From assembly GCA_041640575.1 (NCBI GenBank), contig JBEPZZ010000056.1, positions 1 to 11,514 of the forward strand: a DNA stretch of 11,514 nucleotides. The letters run 5' to 3'. A program made the translations under genes and the position numbers. Position 1 is the stretch's first letter; each line of letters begins with the position of its first letter. Shown here piece by piece: positions 1 to 6,815 of the stretch. Under the pieces are notes generated by a model. It ran no database searches, was not told the DNA's origin, and saw nothing but the letters and a program-made list of their open reading frames with translations. Source of the DNA: Pseudothermotoga sp. GTDB taxonomy: Bacteria; Thermotogota; Thermotogae; Thermotogales; DSM-5069.

Positions 1-1167
1 CTTGATTAGCTTTGCAAGTTCTCTTGTTGTTAAAACTATATCTACCGCGCGCATTCCATTTATCATATGCTGTGGTCTGGTGATATCGTCCTTCTTGGCT
101 GTGCAAGGCATTATAGACACCACGAGCATATTCTTCGGATCGACATTTATTTTCTTGGCAAAATAAGTTTTAATAACAGGTCCAAGCATCTGATGCGGTG
201 ATTTTGCGCTGGAAAGGTTTGGTATAAATTGTGGATAAAGCTTTTCCATCATGTTTACCCAACCAGGGCAGCAAGAGGTGAACATAGGGAAGGGTCCACC
301 ATTTTTAAGTCTTTCCAAGAATTCTGAGCCTTCTTCCATTATTGTTAGGTCGGCAGCAAAGTTTGTGTCGAAAACATAGTCAAACCCAAGTCTTCTCAAA
401 GCAGCGACCATTTTCCCCGTAGAAATGCTACCTGGCTCCAGACCAAATTCTTCACCTAACGCTACTCTCGTGGCAGGAGCTGTTTGGACAACCAAGACCT
501 TTTCATGTCTTTCAAGTTCATCAAGGACTCTTCTAACAGCACTGTTTTCCGTAATAGCCCCGACAGGACAGAAAGCGGAACACTGTCCGCAACCTATACA
601 GTCGGTTTCATAAACAGGCATTTCAAAAGCTGTTTGAGGTAATGTTTCAAAGCCTCTATCAACCATGGAGTATATATCCATACCTTGAAGCTCTGAGCAA
701 GCCCTCACACAACGACCACAAACAATACACTTCTCTAGATCTCTAACGATGGCAGGCGAACTATCATCGTAAACTTTACTCAGCGGTTGTCCATCGCCAA
801 AAATGTCTTGCACATCGTAGCGATAAATCAAATCCTGAAATTCGCATCTTCCGTTGACTTCACAAGTCATACAATCTTTTGGATGCCTAGAAAGAAGTAA
901 AGAGAGATTGAATTTCACAGATCTTTCAACTCGTTCAGACTTAGTCGTTATTTTCATTCCATCTTGTACCTTTGTGACACAAGCTGGTTGAAGGTTCCTA
1001 CTACCTTCAATTTCAACCACACAAACTCTGCAAGCACCAGTCGGTTCAAGTCTGGGATGATTACACAATGTAGGCACATAAACACCAGCAAAATTACAAG
1101 CCTCTAACACAGTACTCGTAGCTGGCACCTCATATTGCCTGCCGTTTATAAGTACCTTAACTGTCAT
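1..1167 (-). CDS. hydA: [FeFe]-hydrogenase catalytic subunit, group A, M3-type architecture; partial (389 codons, 3' end beyond left edge)
   Basis: Manual translation from ATG 1167 (GAGGAGGG SD at 1177-1184, 9 nt upstream) is open to position 1: MTVKVLINGRQYEV... It has [2Fe-2S] ligands (LCNHPRLEPTGACRVC...PAC), a His-ligated [4Fe-4S] motif (HPKDCMTCEVNGRC), two [4Fe-4S] motifs (CIVCGRCVRAC, CIGCGQCSAFCP), H-cluster P1 TSCCPGW (259-279), P2 MPCTAKKDD (85-111) and ADLTIMEEGSEFLER. Confidence 0.96.
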   Translation of the reverse strand, partial: MTVKVLINGRQYEVPATSTVLEACNFAGVYVPTLCNHPRLEPTGACRVCVVEIEGSRNLQPACVTKVQDGMKITTKSERVERSVKFNLSLLLSRHPKDCMTCEVNGRCEFQDLIYRYDVQDIFGDGQPLSKVYDDSSPAIVRDLEKCIVCGRCVRACSELQGMDIYSMVDRGFETLPQTAFEMPVYETDCIGCGQCSAFCPVGAITENSAVRRVLDELERHEKVLVVQTAPATRVALGEEFGLEPGSISTGKMVAALRRLGFDYVFDTNFAADLTIMEEGSEFLERLKNGGPFPMFTSCCPGWVNMMEKLYPQFIPNLSSAKSPHQMLGPVIKTYFAKKINVDPKNMLVVSIMPCTAKKDDITRPQHMINGMRAVDIVLTTRELAKLIK

Positions 1168-1182
1168 GTCCTGCAACCCTCC

Positions 1183-1200
1183 TCGTCCAAGATTTCACAA
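1183..1200 (-). promoter_or_regulatory. Candidate Rex (NADH/NAD+ sensing repressor) operator upstream of hydA
   Basis: Minus strand reads TTGTGAA-ATCT-TGGACGA versus consensus TTGTGAA-N4-TTCACAA. The left half is perfect and the right half matches 4/7. It lies between the -10 box and the SD. Confidence 0.55.
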
Positions 1201-1202
1201 AT

Positions 1203-1211
1203 ATTATACCA
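1203..1211 (-). promoter_or_regulatory. Extended -10 promoter (TGnTATAAT) for hydA
   Basis: Minus strand TGGTATAAT lies in the 55-bp gap between the oxidoreductase stop and the hydA start. No good -35 is present. Confidence 0.65.
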
Positions 1212-1222
1212 TAAGTCGTTCA

Positions 1223-2551
1223 TTAGAGAGAAATAGCACGAATATAACCCATCGAAGTTGCGTATTGAATGGATCGTGTCCAACCAGAACAGTCACCTAT
1301 TACATGAAGATTCTTTATAATGTCATTGCTAAATTTGTTAGAGTAAAACTTTACTTCGACAGCGTAGATCAAATTGTCTGGATAAGCAACCCCAGTAATA
1401 ACCTTATCCAGGTTCTCTACAAAATCTATTATCGATTCTCTTATCTTTGCTGGAAAAACAAGATTGGCGTCTCCTAAAATGTAATTTTTTTCTTCAAGAG
1501 TCGGATGAACTCTACCAAGCCGCTTTGTTCTCCTGTACTCTTTGAAATCGCCATAAGTTTGCAGAAGCACTTTTCTGTCATCACCAGCAAGGATGTTCGC
1601 AAGTTTTGCCAGGTTTTTTCCATACCCAGTTGGATCTTTAAAGGGTTCCGTGAATCTGGTTGTCACAAGAACAGCGAAATTTGTATTCTCTGTTTTATTG
1701 TAGCTATCAGAAAATCCATTGACCGTTGTAAAATCTTCATATTTCTCGAGTGTGACTCTCCCAGCGGGATTTTGACAAAAAAGTCGGCACAGGTAACCTG
1801 TTCTGGTTTTGTAACGCACTTTGACTTCATACATATCCCAGTATCTTTCCATCACATGATTTGGTAATTCGTATCTGACACCTATATCAACATAAAAATT
1901 CTCGGTTACCAAATGTGGATATTTCTTCTTAATCTGGTCCATCAGTTCATGACCACTTCTACCGACCGCTATCACGAGCTCGTCGAAGTAAAAGTCCCCC
2001 GCATTTTCGGTTTTAACTTTAAATTGTGAAGAAAGCTCAACGTCAACAACTTTCGATGAAAAGAGAAATTCAACGTTTTTGAATCCAGAAAAAAATTCGT
2101 AAATACTCTGATTCGTTTGCTTAAGGATGTCAGTTCCAAGATGAAAGAAATAGGATTTGACAGGTTCAAACCCCTGATGATAAAACCGTCGGTAAACTTC
2201 CTCATCAGCAAAAGATTCACCAAACTCGATTTTCTTACCGTTTCTTTCAAAAGAACGTAGGTATTCGATAAAATTACCTTCGTTTTTCACTGTAGGTTTG
2301 AATCCTGAGTGCAACAGATAGAACTCAACCATCTTTGCTTGGATGTCGACGGGTATTTCCAATTCACCACCCATGCCACGTGAAATGAAAATTTTTCCGT
2401 CCATTCTAACACCCGAAATGGTGTTGTGCGTTTGATCCGCTCCTTTTTCAAAAACAGTTACATGATATTTTTCTATTTTTCCACTATCAATCAATCCCTT
2501 TAAAAAACCTATAGCGCTTGCCCCAAAACCAATTATTCCAAGTCTTCTCAA
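1223..2551 (-). CDS. Uncharacterised NAD(P)/FAD-dependent oxidoreductase (COG2509-like), about 442 aa
   Basis: N-terminal Rossmann motif LGIIGFGASAIG...VTVFEKG, and family-like motifs DGK, AVGRSG, DIGVRYE, FCQNPAGRV, VNG, NFAVL, EVKFYS and IGDCSGWTRSI. Start moved from 2617 to TTG 2551 because a strong SD (AGGAGGTG, 2559-2566) lies 7 nt upstream and the longer ORF would begin inside a terminator hairpin. Confidence 0.85.
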   Translation of the reverse strand: MRRLGIIGFGASAIGFLKGLIDSGKIEKYHVTVFEKGADQTHNTISGVRMDGKIFISRGMGGELEIPVDIQAKMVEFYLLHSGFKPTVKNEGNFIEYLRSFERNGKKIEFGESFADEEVYRRFYHQGFEPVKSYFFHLGTDILKQTNQSIYEFFSGFKNVEFLFSSKVVDVELSSQFKVKTENAGDFYFDELVIAVGRSGHELMDQIKKKYPHLVTENFYVDIGVRYELPNHVMERYWDMYEVKVRYKTRTGYLCRLFCQNPAGRVTLEKYEDFTTVNGFSDSYNKTENTNFAVLVTTRFTEPFKDPTGYGKNLAKLANILAGDDRKVLLQTYGDFKEYRRTKRLGRVHPTLEEKNYILGDANLVFPAKIRESIIDFVENLDKVITGVAYPDNLIYAVEVKFYSNKFSNDIIKNLHVIGDCSGWTRSIQYATSMGYIRAISL

Positions 2552-2582
2552 TGCCGAACACCTCCTGCTCGCAATCCAACAA

Positions 2583-2588
2583 ATTATA
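2583..2588 (-). promoter_or_regulatory. Possible -10 box (TATAAT) for the oxidoreductase
   Basis: Perfect TATAAT on the minus strand between the bglB terminator and the SD. There is no convincing -35 or TG extension. Confidence 0.35.
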
Positions 2589-2596
2589 TTACATGC

Positions 2597-2625
2597 AAAA
2601 ATAAAACCCGGCTTCAAGCCGGGTT
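2597..2625 (-). terminator. Rho-independent terminator of the GH3 gene
   Basis: Perfect inverted repeat AACCCGGCTT-C-AAGCCGGGTT (2605-2625). On the minus strand the GC stem is followed by TTTTATTTTT, about 28 nt after the bglB stop. Confidence 0.88.
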
Positions 2626-2652
2626 AGATCAAATTTAATTGCAAGTTCTTCC

Positions 2653-4806
2653 TCAACCTAAAGTAATTTCCGCTTGAAGCCTTATTTCTCTAGATGACCC
2701 CCCTACCCTAAACTGATAAATACCTCTCTCAAGATGCCATCCTTTAACCTCAAAACTACTTAATTCATCTAAACTTATCTCTATCTCAACCTTCTCAATC
2801 TGCCCAGGTTCAAGTAACCTCGTCTTGTAAAATGCCTTTAACTCTTGTAAAGGCTTTGCCAATTTACCAAACGGTGATTTCACATAAACCTGGGCTACCT
2901 CCTTCCCAGCATACTTGCCAACGTTCTCAACTTCAAAATTAATCTTTATAATATCCCTCTCTCTAACCAATTTTAAATTGTTGTATCTAAACTTGGTATA
3001 AGATAGTCCATAACCGAATTCATATGCTGGTTCTACTCTGAAACTGTCATAATACCTGTAACCTACGTATATGTCCTCGTCGTATCTGACAACCTTAGGA
3101 TCGTCCGAAGGTTCTCCCGGGAAATTCTTAGATGGTATATCCGAATAATCCTTCGGAAAGGTCGTAGCCAATTTACCACTTGGATTTACCTTACCAACTA
3201 TGACATCAGCAAGGATCCTACCTGTTTCTTGACCTGCTTGCCATAACAAAATAATCCCATCTGTCAGATCTCTCCAACTTGCTATCTCTATTACACCCCC
3301 CACGTTCAACACAACAATTACTTTCTTACCTTGGTTATGAAATTTTGAACTTACCTTTTTTATCAACTGAACTTCGTCGTCGGAAAGATAATAATCCCCC
3401 TTCTCCGCTTTTCTATCATATCCTTCACCAGATATACGACTTATTACTATCAATGCTACATCATTTGAGGATGCCACTCTTTCTATTTCCTCTGTGCTTA
3501 AGAAGTCTTGAGGTAACAAGGGTATTATTGGCCATCCCCACGGTGTTTTTTGAACTTTGTATCGTTCATCTTGCCTCATCTTTTCAACATACTCTTCATA
3601 AATCCTCAAAAGTCTTTCATCAACCTTCAACCCTGACTCCATCAGACCTTGTACTATGTTAATCACGTACCTAGGATGTGTATCTCCGCTGCCTGTACCA
3701 CCTTTGATTGTTTCTATTTGACCAGTGCCGAAGATAGCTATCTTCGCTTTTTCTGGCAGAGGTAAGATTGATTCATTCTTTAGCAAAACCACACCTTCAG
3801 AACCCGCTTCATATGCGATTTTCGCATGCTCATCTAAATTTGGCTTATTTGTGTAAGGATAGCCTTTAAACGAAGGACTATTTATGAGAACCTTCAATAT
3901 GTTTCTAACACTTTCATCAAGAAATTTTTCATCCAATTTTCCGGTCTTGATTGCTTCAACTATTTCTTCTATCTCATCTTTCCTACCACCAAACGGATTA
4001 ACTTGATACGTTTTGCCAGGCATTATCATATCGTTTCCGGACTTTAATTGCTCAACTGGATTATCTCCAGCGTACCAATCAGTCATCACAAAACCATCAA
4101 AGCCCCAATCCTTTCTCAGAACTTCGGTCAAAAGCCAATAATTCTGAGAACAGTAAACTCCGTTCAACTTATTGTATGCGCTCATTACAGACCAAGGTTT
4201 GGCTTTTTTCACAGCTATCTCAAAACCCTTGAGGTATATTTCTCTCAATGCTTTTTCTGAGACAATCGTATCAATCTGCATTCGATTCGTTTCTTGCTCA
4301 TTGGCAGCAAAATGCTTTATGCAAGCTCCTACACCTTGTGATTGAACGCCTTTGACAAAAGCTGCTGCCATCTCCCCACTTAAGATCGGGTCCTCCGAAT
4401 AATACTCAAAATTTCTCCCACAAAGTGGATTTCGATGAATGTTCATAGCAGGGGCCAGCAAAATGTCTACACCATATTCTTTCACCTCATTGCCCATTGC
4501 CATACCAACTTTTTCAATAAGTTCTCTATTCCACGTGCAAGCTAGCATGCTTTCAATTGGAAAAGCAGTGGCATGATAAGTTTTTTCATCGCCTTGTCTA
4601 TTAGGATTAATCCTTAATCCTGCAGGCCCATCCGCAAATCTGCAAGACGGTATTCTAAGTCTCTCTATCGCATGTGTTTCACCAGCTACACCTTCAACCT
4701 TTGAAGGAGGATTATTAAACAACCCCGGTGCTCCCACACCAACAACCATACGAATTTTTTCCTCAATCGTCATCTTAGAAATGATTTGTTCAATATTCTC
4801 ACTCAT
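2653..4806 (-). CDS. bglB: GH3 beta-glucosidase (Thermotoga BglB/Bgl3B-like), about 717 aa, no signal peptide
   Basis: GH3 motifs ADGPAGLR, APAMNIHRNPLCGRNFEYYSEDP, KHFAANEQE, MSAYNKLNG, nucleophile MTDWYAG (Asp243), acid/base SRISGEGYD (Glu461), IYVGYRYYD, FGYGLSYT and a C-terminal FnIII-like domain. Start set to ATG 4806, with GGAGG at 4815-4819 and 8 nt spacing. Confidence 0.95.
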   Translation of the reverse strand: MSENIEQIISKMTIEEKIRMVVGVGAPGLFNNPPSKVEGVAGETHAIERLRIPSCRFADGPAGLRINPNRQGDEKTYHATAFPIESMLACTWNRELIEKVGMAMGNEVKEYGVDILLAPAMNIHRNPLCGRNFEYYSEDPILSGEMAAAFVKGVQSQGVGACIKHFAANEQETNRMQIDTIVSEKALREIYLKGFEIAVKKAKPWSVMSAYNKLNGVYCSQNYWLLTEVLRKDWGFDGFVMTDWYAGDNPVEQLKSGNDMIMPGKTYQVNPFGGRKDEIEEIVEAIKTGKLDEKFLDESVRNILKVLINSPSFKGYPYTNKPNLDEHAKIAYEAGSEGVVLLKNESILPLPEKAKIAIFGTGQIETIKGGTGSGDTHPRYVINIVQGLMESGLKVDERLLRIYEEYVEKMRQDERYKVQKTPWGWPIIPLLPQDFLSTEEIERVASSNDVALIVISRISGEGYDRKAEKGDYYLSDDEVQLIKKVSSKFHNQGKKVIVVLNVGGVIEIASWRDLTDGIILLWQAGQETGRILADVIVGKVNPSGKLATTFPKDYSDIPSKNFPGEPSDDPKVVRYDEDIYVGYRYYDSFRVEPAYEFGYGLSYTKFRYNNLKLVRERDIIKINFEVENVGKYAGKEVAQVYVKSPFGKLAKPLQELKAFYKTRLLEPGQIEKVEIEISLDELSSFEVKGWHLERGIYQFRVGGSSREIRLQAEITLG

Positions 4807-4828
4807 ATTCATCGCCTCCATTGTGGTT

Positions 4829-4837
4829 ATTTTACCA
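4829..4837 (-). promoter_or_regulatory. Extended -10 promoter (TGGTAAAAT) for bglB
   Basis: Minus strand TGG-TAAAAT lies just upstream of the SD. A weak -35 TTACGC (4853-4858) sits at 18 nt spacing. Confidence 0.55.
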
Positions 4838-4968
4838 ATAACAATTCGTAAAGCGTAATGTAACAAATGGGTGAAAATCAAAGAAAAAATGAGATCGAAA
4901 GAGTTTAAGTAAGGAACTTCAAGTAATTAGTCTCACACAAACAAATAAAAGAAATTACAAAAATTGCT

Positions 4969-4984
4969 ATGAAAATATTTTCAT
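4969..4984. promoter_or_regulatory. LacI-family (CelR-type) operator, perfect palindrome ATGAAAATATTTTCAT
   Basis: Perfect 16-bp palindrome in the divergent bglB/celE intergenic region, with a TGAAA...TTTCA LacI-like shape. A LacI gene lies at the end of the operon. Confidence 0.8.
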
Positions 4985-5010
4985 TGCATTTTCATTAAGG
5001 ATAAGGATAA

Positions 5011-5026
5011 GTGAAAATATCTTACA
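5011..5026. promoter_or_regulatory. Second, degenerate LacI/CelR operator GTGAAAATATCTTACA
   Basis: Shares TGAAAATAT with the first site. Its centre is 42 bp downstream of the first centre. Confidence 0.55.
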
Positions 5027-5066
5027 CGGCTTTCATGCCGCAAAACCTTGTGGAGGGGGTTGGTGT

Positions 5067-6743
5067 ATGAGAAAATTTCTCGTATTCATGCTTGTTACGC
5101 TATCAATCTTTGCCCTAGCTCAAACTTATGAACGCGGCAAAACTATCTTTGTGGGTGGTGGAATGTGGTCACCTCCGTCTAACTGGAGTCCGTTCACACC
5201 ATGGAATGCTGTTACAGGTACCATTGGACTAGTCTATGAAACGCTGTTCCTTTATGATCCATTGGTTGGTCGATTCGAACCATGGTTGGCAGAAAGCGGT
5301 GGTTGGATCAGCGATACTGTGTTTCAAGTAAAACTCAGGGAAGGACTAACTTGGCAAGATGGTAAACCATTGACAATTGACGATGTGATTTTCACCTTTG
5401 AGATCGCGAAAAAGTATACTGGAATTAACTACAGTGGAATTTGGAATTGGCTCGAGAGAATCGTTAAGGTTGATCAGCGAACCGTGAATTTTGTCTTCTC
5501 AGATCCAAGGTATCACGAATGGGGGCAGCAACTTATAAGTATAGGTATCATTCCAAAGCATGTATGGGAAACCAAAACTGAAGAGGAAGTTCTTCAAGGT
5601 GCAAACGAAAGACCCATTGGTTCAGGTCCGTATTTCGTGGAAAGCTGGGACAGCGACAGAAATGTGTTTAGGAAAAACCCGAACTGGTGGGGAATAAAAG
5701 TTCTTGGTCTTGATCCAAAACCCGAAAGAGTAATCATAGTTAGGATTTTGAGTAACAACGTTGCCATAGGCATGTTGATGAAAGGAGAACTTGACTGGAG
5801 CAACTTCTTCTTACCAGGTATTCCGGCACTCAAAAGAGCTTACGGTATTCACACTTGGTATGAGTCTGCTCCATACATGCTGCCAGCTAACACAACTGGA
5901 ATATATCTCAATGTGAACAAGTATCCGTTGAATATTCCGGAGTTCAGAAGAGCCATGGCTTTCGCAATCGATACATCAAAGATAGTACAAAGAGCTTTTG
6001 AAGGAATGGTAGTACCATCAAATCCAGCTGGAATATTGCCAGTACCCGGATTCATCAAATACTATCCAGAAGAGGTTGCAAAGCAGTTTGGGTTCAAATA
6101 TGATCCAGCTATGGCAAACAAGATTCTCGATGAACTTGGATTCAAAGACGTCAACAGGGATGGTCTAAGAGAAGATCCACAAGGTCGTCCTTTCAAACTG
6201 ACCATTCAATGTCCTTATGGTTGGACAGACTGGATGGTTTCGATCCAATCGATTGCCGAAGATCTTAGGAAAGTTGGTATTAATGTAGAACCTATCTATC
6301 CAGATGCATCGAAATACAATGACGACTTGTTTGCTGGTAGATTCGATATCATTCTCAACAACTACGTCACCAACGTATCAAGTACAATTTGGTCATACTT
6401 CAACGCAGTCTTTTATCCTGATGCAGTTGGATCGGAATATTCGTATGCAGGAAACTTTGGAAAATATCAAAATCCTCAAGCACAAGAACTACTTGATCGG
6501 TTGAACAGAACACCACTGAACGATGAAGCCAATATTAAAGCTTTGGTTGCCAAACTTTCTGAGATTCTTCTTAAAGAGCTGCCATTTATTCCACTTTGGT
6601 ACAACGGCGCTTGGTTCCAAGCATCCGAAGCTGTTTGGAAAGGTTGGCCATCAGAAAAGAATCCATACGCATGGCCGATCAGCTGGGGTGGACATTGGCA
6701 ACTTGGTGGAATCAAAGTGCTGTTTGGAATAAAATCAGAATGA
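5067..6743 (+). CDS. celE: Family 5 (Opp/Dpp-like) oligosaccharide-binding protein, TM1223-like (cellobiose/beta-mannoside; CelE/CbtA/ManE)
   Basis: Sec signal peptide MRKFLVFMLVTLSIFALA, with no lipobox. SBP_bac_5 motif LREGLTWQDGKPLTIDDVIFTF. WSPPSNW..PWNAV.GTIGLVYE, CPYGWTDW and FIPLWYNGAWFQ match my recollection of T. maritima TM1223. SD GGAGGGGG at 5052-5059. Confidence 0.92.
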   Translation: MRKFLVFMLVTLSIFALAQTYERGKTIFVGGGMWSPPSNWSPFTPWNAVTGTIGLVYETLFLYDPLVGRFEPWLAESGGWISDTVFQVKLREGLTWQDGKPLTIDDVIFTFEIAKKYTGINYSGIWNWLERIVKVDQRTVNFVFSDPRYHEWGQQLISIGIIPKHVWETKTEEEVLQGANERPIGSGPYFVESWDSDRNVFRKNPNWWGIKVLGLDPKPERVIIVRILSNNVAIGMLMKGELDWSNFFLPGIPALKRAYGIHTWYESAPYMLPANTTGIYLNVNKYPLNIPEFRRAMAFAIDTSKIVQRAFEGMVVPSNPAGILPVPGFIKYYPEEVAKQFGFKYDPAMANKILDELGFKDVNRDGLREDPQGRPFKLTIQCPYGWTDWMVSIQSIAEDLRKVGINVEPIYPDASKYNDDLFAGRFDIILNNYVTNVSSTIWSYFNAVFYPDAVGSEYSYAGNFGKYQNPQAQELLDRLNRTPLNDEANIKALVAKLSEILLKELPFIPLWYNGAWFQASEAVWKGWPSEKNPYAWPISWGGHWQLGGIKVLFGIKSE

Positions 6744-6754
6744 TTCCTCCCTAC

Positions 6755-6788
6755 TTTATCCCTCGTCCCCTTGCGGGCGAGGGATAAA
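6755..6788 (+). other. Intra-operonic 14-bp stem-loop after the binding-protein gene (probable mRNA-stabilising or attenuating hairpin)
   Basis: TTTATCCCTCGTCC-CCTTGC-GGGCGAGGGATAAA forms 13 Watson-Crick pairs plus one G-U. No U-tract follows on either strand. Confidence 0.75.
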
Positions 6789-6815
6789 ATTATAATTATA
6801 AGGGAGTGAAAAATC

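Noticed and set aside
2552..2617. N-terminal extension of the oxidoreductase in the ORF track (start 2617)
   Set aside because: It spans the terminator and the SD. TTG 2551 has an ideal SD and puts the Rossmann motif at the N-terminus.
425..4260. Plus-strand ORFs 425-613, 1166-1477, 1505-1867, 3279-3662, 4048-4260 and minus-strand ORF 1972-2250
   Set aside because: They are antisense or alternate-frame shadows of well-supported genes, with no recognisable motifs.
4807..4881. N-terminal extension of the GH3 ORF (start 4881), considered as a possible signal peptide
   Set aside because: It has no signal-peptide character and spans the predicted promoter and SD. ATG 4806 gives catalytic residue numbering close to that recalled for Thermotoga Bgl3B.
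6755..6788. Hairpin as a classical intrinsic terminator
   Set aside because: No U-tract follows the stem on either strand, so it was kept as a stabilising or attenuating structure instead.
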